Positions 26,137 to 35,128 of a DNA stretch of 64,000 bases are shown in pieces. The notes under the pieces were generated by a model. That model saw only the letters and a program-made list of their open reading frames with translations. It ran no database searches and was not told where the DNA came from. How positions within the stretch are numbered: position 1 is the first letter of the stretch; the number at the start of each line of letters is the position of its first letter. This stretch comes from Actinomadura craniellae. GTDB lineage: Bacteria > Actinomycetota > Actinomycetes > Streptosporangiales > Streptosporangiaceae. The stretch is from contig NZ_QLYX01000008.1 in the NCBI RefSeq assembly GCF_003289645.1, forward strand, positions 208,147 to 272,146, in the 5' to 3' direction. Position numbers and translations under genes: made by a program.

Positions 26137-29100
26137 TCACGCGCGGTGGTCGGTGGGGCCCGACCGGTGCCGGCCGGCGGGGCTGAGGCCGGCGGCGGCG
26201 CGGTCGATGGCCTTCTCGACGGCGCCGACCCGGTCGGCGAGGAGGTCCACGGCGCCGACGGCGCGGCCCACCGGGTCGGCGGGGTCGCCGCCGAGTGCCC
26301 GGGCCCGCAGGTGGCCGGCCTTGACCTCGGCCCAGCGGCGGGCCTGGTCGGGGGTGAGCCGGTCGCGCAGCTCGGCCAGCTTGAGCAGGTTGGCCTCGGC
26401 CCCGGAGGCCAGCGCCTGCGCCTCGCCCCGGTAGTGGTCGTCGATCACCGCCGCCAGTTCGTCCGCGTCCATCACGGGGACGATCCGCTCCGCCAGCCGG
26501 TTCATGTTCCGGTAGGACCCCTGGAGCAGGAACGGCGGCTCGGTGCGGGACGCGTCCGGCTGCGCGGCCGAGGCGATGTAGGCCCGGTTGACCGCCAGCA
26601 CCACCTCGCGCGCCTCGACCAGCCGCCGCAGCACCGCCGTGATCTGCTCCAGCTCGACCGGGGAGTAGGGGTGCGCCAGCCGGTCGGGCCTGATCGGCTC
26701 GCCGTCCTGGACGGCGCCGACCAGCGCCCGCACGTCCTCGGGCGGGCGGGCCGACAGCGGGGCCAGTACCGGGTTGGCGGTGAGCGCGTTCTCCACGTAG
26801 CTCAGCGCGAACAGGTCGTCCCGGCCGGACAGCACGTCGCCGAGGTTCCACACGTCGGCCCGGTTGGCGAGCATGTCGGGCACCTGGAACGCGGTGCCCG
26901 ACTCGGTGTAGGGGTTGCCGGCCATGCACACCGCGAACCGTTTGCCGCGCAGGTCGTAGGTGTGCGCCTGGCCGTCCCGGACCCCCTCGATCCGGCGCTG
27001 GGCGTCGCACAGCGAGACGAACTTCTGCAGCAGCTCGGGCGAGGTGTGCTGGATGTCGTCGAGGTAGAGCAGCACGTTGTTGCCCATCTCCAGGGCGAAC
27101 GAGATCTTCTCCACCTCCCGGCGCGCGGCGGCGTCCGGCGCCCGGGCCGGGTCGAGGGAGGTGACCTCGTGGCCCAGCGCCGGGCCGTTCACCTTGACGA
27201 GCACCAGGCCGAGCCGCCCGGCCACGTACTCCAGCAGCGTGGTCTTGCCGTAGCCGGGCGGCGAGATCAGCAGCAGCAGCCCCATCCGGTCGGTCTGCCG
27301 GTCCTCGCCCGCCGCGCCGAGCTGCTTGGCCAGGTTGTCGCCGATCAGCGGCAGGTAGACCTCGTCCAGCAGCCGGTTGCGCACGAACCCGCCGAGCACC
27401 CCGGGCCGGTACTCGGCGATCCGCAGCCGCTCCCGCTCCCGCTCCACCAGCTCGGTGCGGCGCCGCCGGTACGCCCGGTACGCGGGGACGCGCTCGGTGC
27501 GGAACTCCCGGGTCCGCTCCAGCGTCTCGTCCAGCCGCAGCTCCAGCCGCCCGCCGCTGATCCGCGGGTGCGCGCCGAGCAGGCCCTCGACGGTGGCCGC
27601 CAGCGGGGCGGCGCAGTCGCGCCGGGGCAGTGCGGTGCCGCACAGCTCCAGCGCCACCGCCTCGGGCAGGTCGTCGGCCGGCGCGCCGGCCAGGTACCCG
27701 CCCAGCCACGCCTCGACGAGCTGCCGGCGGGAGTCCAGGTCGTCGCCCAGCGCGCGCAGGTCGCCCTGGTACTCCCGCAGCGCCTGCGGCCCCAGCGCCC
27801 GGTGGAAGCCGGCCAGCAGGGCCCGGGCCGCGGCGGAGGTGACGAACCCCGACCCGCCCGCCAGCTCCTCGAACAGGTACTCCCCGGCGAGCGGCGGGCC
27901 CCCCACGGCCGCGGCGAGCTCGGCGCGCAGCTCCTCGACCGCCGCGGCGGCGCCGAACCGGGCGCGGGCCCGGGCGAGCGAGGCGGCCCGCCGGGCCCAG
28001 GAGTCACGGGCGCGCTGGTCGGTGCCGTGCGCCCAGAAGAGCTGGGCGGCGGCCCGCGCGGCCGGCGGGTAACGCAGCAGGCCGGCCCCGCCGTACAGGC
28101 CGAGCAGGGCGTCCAGGATCAGGCTCGCGTCGTGGTCGTGGACGCCCTGCTCGTACCCCTCGTCGTACCGGTCGCGGGCCGCCGCCCGGACGGTGTCGAG
28201 CGTCGGCGCCGGGAGGGACGGCCCCTGTTCGTCCCTCCCGGCTTCGGCGAGGACCGCCGCCGCCAGGTGCTCGGACCGGTACACCCGCGGGGACTCCGAG
28301 ATCAGCGGCTGGTCCCAGAAGGGCCGCGTCCCCTCGAAGCCCGCGTCGCGCACCGGGGCCCGGTAGTCCGTCCCGGTGATCGCGAAGGTCATCCCGCCCG
28401 CGTGCGGGACGAGGGTGAGGTCGGTCGGCCGGGTGCTGACCGCGAACCGGTGCCGGCCCAGCCGGAGCGTGGCGCCGCCGTCCTCGACCAGGTCGGTGCG
28501 GTCGCGCAGCGCCCGCCCGGCCTCCTGCCGGGCGGCCTTGATCCGGCCGTCCAGCTCCCCGGCCCGCACGGGGTCGCCCAGCGCGCGCAACTCCTCGGCG
28601 ACCTCGCGCAGCTTCGCCACCATCGGGTCGGTGGCGAAGTAGGTGTTGACCTCGTCCGGTGAGCCCAGCCCGGCCAGCCGGCGGCGGACCCCGGCCAGGA
28701 TCCGCTCGGCCGAGCCGGCCAGCCGGTCGGCGCGGCGGGCCCGCTCGTCGAGCAGGGCCTGCCGGCGGGCGGAGAACGCCTCGTGGACGTCCTCGCGCCT
28801 GGCCGCCAGCTCGGCCAGGAAGTCGTCGAACTCGGCGAACCGCGACTCCAGGTCCTCCAGCCGGAGCATCAGCCGGCCGAGCCGCTCGTCGCACTGCTCG
28901 GGGGTGCCGGCCGCCGCCAGCGCGCCGGTGACCTCCTGGGCGAGCAGCGCGAACTCGGCGGCGAACCCGGCCCGGCCCTCGGCGTCCAGCAGCTCCCGGC
29001 GGCGGGCCGCCAGGACGGCGCGGGCCCGGTTGAGCTCGCCGGCGACCTCGCCGATCCGCTCCAGGATCCGGGTCCGGACGGTGGCGTCGCCGGTGTCGAG

Positions 29101-30999
29101 CGAGCCCGCCACCTCGGTGACCGTCTCCAGCCCGGCCGCCTGCTCGGCCAGCCGGTCGCCCAGCGGGGCGGCCTCGGCCACCGTGCCGATCGCCCCCGCC
29201 TCGCCGATCAGCCGGTCCAGCTCCTCGTGGTAGCCGGCGAAGGCGTCCGGCCCCTGGAGGAACGCGATCGCCCGCCGCCCGGCCCGGTCGAGCTCGGCGG
29301 CCAGCCGCCCGGCCTGCTCGTCGAGCCGGTCCAGGTCCATGTACCGCAGCTCGCGCAGCGTCTCCAGGTGCCCCTGCTCGCGGCGCAGCCCGGCCAGCCG
29401 GGTCACCCAGGCGTCGGCCGTCCCCGGCGCCTCGCCGCGGACCCGGCGGACCAGCGTGGTGATCTTCTCCGCGGCCTCGTCGAGCGCGGCGGCGGCCTCG
29501 GCGGTGAGCGCCTGGACGGTCTCGAACTCGTCCAGCACCCGCTCGGCGGTCGCCCTGACCTCGCCGAGCGGTCCGGCCAGGCCCTGCTCGCCGAGCCAGT
29601 GGTAGTGGTCGGACGCCCGCGCGCAGGCGGCGATCAGCCCCTCGAACACCCCCGTGGACGGGGCCGGTTCGGCCGCCGTCCGGGCCACCGCCAGGCAGTC
29701 GGAGATCCCGCGCACCAGGTCCGCGTTGCCGATCCGCTCCAGCGGCCCGGTGCCGGCGGGCCGGGCGGCGGCGTGCGTGTCGGAGACGTAGGGGGTCTGC
29801 CACACCTGCATCGGGTGCACCCGGGTGGGCTCGTCGGAATCGGCCCGGAAGACCACCATCGTGCCGTCGTCGAACAGCGAGTGGCCGTGGCAGGACATCG
29901 GGGCGCCGACCTGCTTGCGGATCACGTTGTAGGGCAGCAGCAGGGTCCGTCCCTCGGCCCGGGCGTGGAAGACGTAGAGCACGTCCTCCCCGTTGGGGGA
30001 GCGGATCGTCCGCTCGTACTCCAGGTCCGCCACGTCGGTGTCGAAGGTCCGGGCGCCGCCGCCGGCCAGGTAGTAGCCGCCGGGGAAGATGACGCCGTGG
30101 TCCTCCGGCAGCCGCCGGCAGGACTGCCCGATGCCGTCGAGCCGGGCGACGTCCCGGGTGCGGGTGTCGAACACCAGGTGCCGCCAGGCCGGCTCGTTGT
30201 AGGGGCGGATCCGCAGCAGGATCAGCGTGCCGACCCGCGCGTACCGGACGTCGGCGTCGCCCAGGCTCTGCAGCGGCTCGTTCACCGGCTCGCTGAAGAT
30301 CCCCGCACCGGTCTCGGTGTTGTCCTCCACCTTGACGGTGAGGGTGCCGCCCACGGTCTCGACGAACACCTCGCCGCCGATCGAGATGTGCGGGTGCCGG
30401 CCCGGGACGTGGTCGTCCCGGGTGGTCTCGGTCCACTCGAAGTCGTGCGGCGGCGGGAAGGCGTGCTCGCGCTCGCCCTTGTTGTCGAGGTACTCGACGT
30501 CCCCGTCGGGGCCGACCGCCCAGCGCAGCACCCGGATGTCTTCGATCCGGGGGCCAGTCCGGAAGACCGCCAGCAGTCGGCCCTCCAGCCGGCGCAGCTG
30601 CATCAGGCCGGCCTCCCGGTAGTACCGGTAGAGCTCCGCGAAGTCGCGTTCGAACCGCTCGCCGCCCAGCGGCCCGGTGGCGGGCAGCCGCTCGAAGACC
30701 GGCCCGTCGCCGGTCAGCGCGAACCGGTGCAGCGAGAACACGTCGTCGACGGCCGTCTCCGGCTTGAGCCCGATGAAGACGTTGTAGCCGAAGAGCATCA
30801 GCCCGCCGAGCGAGACGATGTCACGGGGAACGCAGTTGTGCTCGGTCCGGATCCGCTCGGTGCCGACGAGCCTGAGCTCGGTGCCGCCGAACACCTCCAG
30901 CCGCCGGTCGTTCAGCTCCCGGGCGCGCCGGGCGAGTTCCCCGGCGTGCCCGGCGAGCCGGTCCCGGAGCACCTCGTAGGTGCCCTGGTCGAGGGTCAT
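26137..30999 (-). CDS. Giant (1620 aa) flotillin-associated protein with a C-terminal MoxR-class AAA+ ATPase domain
   Basis: Walker A LLISPPGYGKTTL, Walker B VLLYLDDIQ, sensor-1 AGNPYTE, Arg-finger region LANRADVW. Long coiled-coil region in the middle. ATGA-coupled to the flotillin stop. Confidence 0.75.
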   Translation of the reverse strand: MTLDQGTYEVLRDRLAGHAGELARRARELNDRRLEVFGGTELRLVGTERIRTEHNCVPRDIVSLGGLMLFGYNVFIGLKPETAVDDVFSLHRFALTGDGPVFERLPATGPLGGERFERDFAELYRYYREAGLMQLRRLEGRLLAVFRTGPRIEDIRVLRWAVGPDGDVEYLDNKGEREHAFPPPHDFEWTETTRDDHVPGRHPHISIGGEVFVETVGGTLTVKVEDNTETGAGIFSEPVNEPLQSLGDADVRYARVGTLILLRIRPYNEPAWRHLVFDTRTRDVARLDGIGQSCRRLPEDHGVIFPGGYYLAGGGARTFDTDVADLEYERTIRSPNGEDVLYVFHARAEGRTLLLPYNVIRKQVGAPMSCHGHSLFDDGTMVVFRADSDEPTRVHPMQVWQTPYVSDTHAAARPAGTGPLERIGNADLVRGISDCLAVARTAAEPAPSTGVFEGLIAACARASDHYHWLGEQGLAGPLGEVRATAERVLDEFETVQALTAEAAAALDEAAEKITTLVRRVRGEAPGTADAWVTRLAGLRREQGHLETLRELRYMDLDRLDEQAGRLAAELDRAGRRAIAFLQGPDAFAGYHEELDRLIGEAGAIGTVAEAAPLGDRLAEQAAGLETVTEVAGSLDTGDATVRTRILERIGEVAGELNRARAVLAARRRELLDAEGRAGFAAEFALLAQEVTGALAAAGTPEQCDERLGRLMLRLEDLESRFAEFDDFLAELAARREDVHEAFSARRQALLDERARRADRLAGSAERILAGVRRRLAGLGSPDEVNTYFATDPMVAKLREVAEELRALGDPVRAGELDGRIKAARQEAGRALRDRTDLVEDGGATLRLGRHRFAVSTRPTDLTLVPHAGGMTFAITGTDYRAPVRDAGFEGTRPFWDQPLISESPRVYRSEHLAAAVLAEAGRDEQGPSLPAPTLDTVRAAARDRYDEGYEQGVHDHDASLILDALLGLYGGAGLLRYPPAARAAAQLFWAHGTDQRARDSWARRAASLARARARFGAAAAVEELRAELAAAVGGPPLAGEYLFEELAGGSGFVTSAAARALLAGFHRALGPQALREYQGDLRALGDDLDSRRQLVEAWLGGYLAGAPADDLPEAVALELCGTALPRRDCAAPLAATVEGLLGAHPRISGGRLELRLDETLERTREFRTERVPAYRAYRRRRTELVERERERLRIAEYRPGVLGGFVRNRLLDEVYLPLIGDNLAKQLGAAGEDRQTDRMGLLLLISPPGYGKTTLLEYVAGRLGLVLVKVNGPALGHEVTSLDPARAPDAAARREVEKISFALEMGNNVLLYLDDIQHTSPELLQKFVSLCDAQRRIEGVRDGQAHTYDLRGKRFAVCMAGNPYTESGTAFQVPDMLANRADVWNLGDVLSGRDDLFALSYVENALTANPVLAPLSARPPEDVRALVGAVQDGEPIRPDRLAHPYSPVELEQITAVLRRLVEAREVVLAVNRAYIASAAQPDASRTEPPFLLQGSYRNMNRLAERIVPVMDADELAAVIDDHYRGEAQALASGAEANLLKLAELRDRLTPDQARRWAEVKAGHLRARALGGDPADPVGRAVGAVDLLADRVGAVEKAIDRAAAGLSPAGRHRSGPTDHRA

Positions 31000-33005
31000 C
31001 GGGCCACCCGGTCGACCTCGGCGACGGGCATGCCGTCCACCCCGAGCCGGGTGGCCTCGGCCAGCAGGCCGCGCAGCCGGCCGAGGTCCGGGCCGCCCTG
31101 CCCGATCAGCTTGAGGAGCAGCGCCGACACCGTCAGGTTCTTCACGTCGCCGGTGTCCAGCGAGCGCACCAGCCGGGCCAGGTCGGTGTGGAAGCCGGAG
31201 TCGCCGTTCAGGTACGGCTCGACCACCGCCCGCGCGAGGTCGGAGTGCTCGACGAACCCGTCCACGGCCTTGCCCAGGGAGATCGCGCCGACCAGCCGGT
31301 CGAAGAACATGCTCTCGCCGCCGACGATGTTGATGTTGGCCTGCTCCAGCCCGGTGGCGAGCACCGTGGCCTGCGCCTCGGCGATCTGCCGCTGGGCGTC
31401 GAGACCGGCCAGCCGGATGTCCTTCTCGGTCTCCAGCCGCAGCCGGTACTCCTCGTGCCGGCGGCTGACGTCGTCCAGCGCGGCCATCGCCGCGGCCTTC
31501 TCCGACAGCCCCTCGGCCTCGGCCTTGAGCTTCTCGCGGGTCGCCTCGGCGGTGACCAGGGCCTGCTCCCGGGCCACGATCGCCTCGGCCCGGCCGACCT
31601 TCTCCACGGCCTCGGCGCCGCGCTCGCGCACCTGCACTTCGGCCAGCCCGGCGGCGGCCTCCTCCGCCTGGACGCCCTCGGCGAGGCGGATCTTGGCCTG
31701 GGCGTCCAGTTCCGCGGCCTGCCGGCGGGCGTCGGCCAGCGTCAGCTCCCGCCGCGCCTGGTGCACGGCGGCCTGCTCGGCGGCCTCGGCCGCCTTGATG
31801 TCCTTGACCAGGTTCTCCTGGGCCTCGGCCTCGGCGTGGATCACCAGCGCCTGGCGGGCGCGCTCGGCCTCCTCGACGGCGCGCAGCCGCTTGATGTGCT
31901 CCTCCTGCTCGGCGACCGTCCGCTCCACCGCGATCCGCTCCCGGATCACGTCGGCGATCTCCCGCCGCTCCACCTCGACCTCCTTGTTCGCGGAGATGCG
32001 CGACAGCTCGGTCTCCCGCTCGCGGGCGATGACCTCCAGCAGCCGGTCCTTCTCGATCCGCTCGCTCTCGATGGCGATGACGCGCTCGCGGTTCTTCTCG
32101 GCGACGGCGATCTCGCGGTTGCGGTTCTCCTGCTGGACGCCGAGCTGCTCGTCGGTGCGGATGTGCGCGGACTGGGCCCGCAGCCGCTCCTCGGCCATCA
32201 CCCGCTCGGTCTCGGCCTCCTCGCGGGCGCGCATTGTGGCGATCTCGCGCTGCTGCTTGAGTTCGGCGTCGGCCTTGCGGCGCTCCAGTTCCAGGATGGC
32301 CTCCCGGGCGTCCACGTCCTGGCGGGTGATCTCCTTCTCCTCGGTGCGCTTGAACTCGTTGGTCCGGACGTGCTCGATCGCGGTCAGCTCGGTGATCTTC
32401 CGGATGCCCTGGGCGTCGAGGATGTTGGACCGGTCGAGCGACATCAGCGACGTCTGCTCCAGGTAGTCGATGGCGGCGTCTTCGAGGCTGTAGCCGTTCA
32501 GGTCGGTGCCGATCACCTGGATGATCCGGTCGCGGAAGGTGTCGCGCTGGGTGTAGAGGTCGACGAAGTCGAGTTGCTTGCCGACGGTCTTCAGCGCCTC
32601 GGAGAACTTGGCGTTGAACAGCTCCTGCAGGGTGGCCCGGTCGCTGGCCCGGCCGGTGCCGATCGCCTGCGCCACCTTGATCACGTCCTCGGCGGTCTTG
32701 TTGACCCGGACGAAGAACGTGATGCGGATGTCGGCCCGGATGTTGTCGCGGCAGATCAGGCCCTCGCGGCCGGTCCGCTCGATGTCGATGGTCTTGACCG
32801 AGATGTCCATCTGCTCGGCCCGGTGCAGCACGGGGAGGACGATCGCCCCGGTGAAGGTGACGTCCACCTTCTTGACCTTGGAGATGATCAGTGCCTTGCC
32901 CTGCTCCACCTTGCGGAACAGCCGGGTGACGACGAACGCCAGCCCGAGGACGACGAGCAGGACGAGGGCGATCAGGATGCCGATGCCCGCGGTGATGGTT
33001 TCCAT
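30996..33005 (-). CDS. Flotillin-like SPFH/Band-7 protein (FloT/YqiK type)
   Basis: N-terminal TM segment, SPFH domain, long Glu/Arg/Ala-rich coiled coil, conserved C-terminal flotillin domain. Confidence 0.9.
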   Translation of the reverse strand: METITAGIGILIALVLLVVLGLAFVVTRLFRKVEQGKALIISKVKKVDVTFTGAIVLPVLHRAEQMDISVKTIDIERTGREGLICRDNIRADIRITFFVRVNKTAEDVIKVAQAIGTGRASDRATLQELFNAKFSEALKTVGKQLDFVDLYTQRDTFRDRIIQVIGTDLNGYSLEDAAIDYLEQTSLMSLDRSNILDAQGIRKITELTAIEHVRTNEFKRTEEKEITRQDVDAREAILELERRKADAELKQQREIATMRAREEAETERVMAEERLRAQSAHIRTDEQLGVQQENRNREIAVAEKNRERVIAIESERIEKDRLLEVIARERETELSRISANKEVEVERREIADVIRERIAVERTVAEQEEHIKRLRAVEEAERARQALVIHAEAEAQENLVKDIKAAEAAEQAAVHQARRELTLADARRQAAELDAQAKIRLAEGVQAEEAAAGLAEVQVRERGAEAVEKVGRAEAIVAREQALVTAEATREKLKAEAEGLSEKAAAMAALDDVSRRHEEYRLRLETEKDIRLAGLDAQRQIAEAQATVLATGLEQANINIVGGESMFFDRLVGAISLGKAVDGFVEHSDLARAVVEPYLNGDSGFHTDLARLVRSLDTGDVKNLTVSALLLKLIGQGGPDLGRLRGLLAEATRLGVDGMPVAEVDRVAR

Positions 33006-33015
33006 GGGGGCTCCT

Positions 33016-33606
33016 TCAGAGTTCGGGGGTACGACGGTCCGGGTCGAGCGCGGCGTCGTACGGCATGACGAGGTAGACCTCGCCCGCCGGGTCGTAGTCG
33101 AAGATCAGTGCGGTGTCGCCGGCGGCGAGCGCGTCCGTCCCGGCCCGGCGGACCTGGACGACGGCGGTGGACCCGTCCGGCGCGGTCGCCTCGGCCTGGC
33201 CGAAGGTCCCGGTGACGGTGCCGGTGCGGATGACGCAGGTGCGGCCCACGAAGTCGTGGCGGGACGGCGCCGGGCGCTCCTCGAACAGCCGCCGCAGCGG
33301 CGCGACGAGCAGGCGGGTGCCGCCCCAGGCGACGGCCAGGGCCGCCGGCAGCACCGCCACCCGGACCGGGGCGGGCGGCCCGGCGGCGGTCGCCGCCAGG
33401 CTGACGAACCAGGCCTGGGCGATCAGCAGGGAGAGGGCGACGGTGACCGGGATCCCGCCGAGGCCGAGCACACCGGCGAGGCCGTCGTCCTCGCCGAGCT
33501 CGGCACCGCCCAGCGTGACGAGGATCCAGTACCCCGCCACCACGACGAGGGAGTAGCTGAAAATTGCGGTGGGAAAACCGAGCGCGGCAGTTATGAAGGC
33601 ACCCAT
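33016..33606 (-). CDS. NfeD-like/YqiJ-like membrane protein
   Basis: Three N-terminal TM helices plus C-terminal OB-fold-like domain (GRTCVIRTGTVTG...VVQVRRAG). Positioned upstream of flotillin as in yqiJ-yqiK / yuaF-floT. Confidence 0.75.
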   Translation of the reverse strand: MGAFITAALGFPTAIFSYSLVVVAGYWILVTLGGAELGEDDGLAGVLGLGGIPVTVALSLLIAQAWFVSLAATAAGPPAPVRVAVLPAALAVAWGGTRLLVAPLRRLFEERPAPSRHDFVGRTCVIRTGTVTGTFGQAEATAPDGSTAVVQVRRAGTDALAAGDTALIFDYDPAGEVYLVMPYDAALDPDRRTPEL

Positions 33607-34064
33607 GATTCCCTTCTTCGGGCAGGGTTGATTGCACGCGAAACAATGGCGTGAAAGGTTCACCGAATGGTGTGGATCAGGGGTGAACGGAGCCGGCCGA
33701 AGCGGCGGCCGGCGATGCGACGGCCCTGGTCGGGCCTGGATGCCCGACCGGGCTCAGCGAGGTTCAGGGGGTGTGGTGACGAAACTCGACCACAAGTGCT
33801 CGCGGCTCGCCCTCGGGCGCAGCCGGTTCGATGCGAACATCGGGAGCCTTCCGGTCGGGGACACGACGGTCAATCGCCGACCAGGCTTCCCGGCACACCA
33901 AGGGTGACTATAGCGCATTCCATGACTACCCGGAAGAACGCGATATGTCAGAGATGGTGTTTGTAGTGCCCTGAATTACTCCATTCCTGTGTTTTCCGCA
34001 GGTCCGGAGCCCGCCCGGATCTGGTTCCGGCCGGATCCGGCCGTTCGGGCTAGGCTCGGTTGTC

Positions 34065-35003
34065 ATGCGCATACTCGTGACCGGCGGAGCCGGTTTCATC
34101 GGCTCCCACCTGGTGGACGCCTTCCTCGACCGGGGAGACGAGGTCACCGTCGTGGACATCGCGTCCGAGGAACGGTCCGTGCGGCTGAACGCCGGAGCCG
34201 CGCTGCACCGGGTCTCCGTCACCGACGCCGAGGCCCTGACCGCCGTGGTCCGCGCGGCCCGGCCCGAGGTGATCTGCCATCTCGCGGCGCAGATCGACGT
34301 CCGGATCTCGGTCACCGACCCGGCCGCCGACGCGATGACCAACGTGATCGGCACGATCAACGTGCTGACCGCCGCCCAGGAGGTGTCGGCGCGGGTGCTG
34401 TTCGCCTCCACCGGCGGGGCGCTGTACGGCCTGGACGCCAAGATCCCCTCGCCGGAGGAGCTGCTGCCGGTGCCCGAGGCGCCGTACGGCACCGCCAAGT
34501 ACTGCGCCGAGCAGTACATCGGCCTGTTCAACCGGTTGCACGGCGGCGCGCACTCGGCGCTGCGGCTGGGGAACGTCTACGGCCCGCGGCAGGACCCGAC
34601 CGGCGAGGCGGGCGTCGTGTCCATCTTCTGCGGCCGGGCCCTGGAGGGCGAGCGCCCCACCGTGTACGGGGACGGCGCGCAGACCCGCGACTATGTCTAC
34701 GTGGGGGACGTCGTCGCCGCCTTCCTCGCCGCGGCCGACGCCGCCCGCCCCGGGATCTGGAACATCGGCACGGGCCGCGAGACCAGCGTCCTCGACCTCG
34801 TCGAAGTCATCGGCCGCATCTCGGGCGCCCCCGTCGAGCCGGTGTTCGCCCCGGCCCGCCCCGGCGAGCTGCCGCGCAGCGCCCTCGACGTCGCCCGGGC
34901 GTCCCGCGACCTGAACTGGCAGGCCGCCACCTCGATGACCGACGGCGTCGCCCGCGTCCACGCCTGGATCCGCGACGGCGCGAACCCCCGCGCCCCCCGC
35001 TGA
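34065..35003 (+). CDS. NAD-dependent epimerase/dehydratase (UDP-glucose 4-epimerase-like)
   Basis: GGAGFIGSH Rossmann motif; catalytic YGTAK. Confidence 0.85.
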   Translation: MRILVTGGAGFIGSHLVDAFLDRGDEVTVVDIASEERSVRLNAGAALHRVSVTDAEALTAVVRAARPEVICHLAAQIDVRISVTDPAADAMTNVIGTINVLTAAQEVSARVLFASTGGALYGLDAKIPSPEELLPVPEAPYGTAKYCAEQYIGLFNRLHGGAHSALRLGNVYGPRQDPTGEAGVVSIFCGRALEGERPTVYGDGAQTRDYVYVGDVVAAFLAAADAARPGIWNIGTGRETSVLDLVEVIGRISGAPVEPVFAPARPGELPRSALDVARASRDLNWQAATSMTDGVARVHAWIRDGANPRAPR

Positions 35004-35128
35004 TCCTTCAGCTTTCGGTGCGTCATAACGCCTCGGATGCTGAAGGATCACCAGGTCAGGGCGATTCTCCGGTGATCCTTCGGCTTTCGAGGCGCCCTCG
35101 CGCCTCGAAAGCTGAAGGATCAGCCGGG
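35001..35128. repeat. Two REP/MITE-like inverted-repeat units of the GATCCTTCAGC family
   Basis: CTGATCCTTCAGC...GCTGAAGGATCAC and GGTGATCCTTCGGC...GCTGAAGGATCAGCC with a nested palindrome CTTTCGAGGCGC/GCGCCTCGAAAG. Confidence 0.75.
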
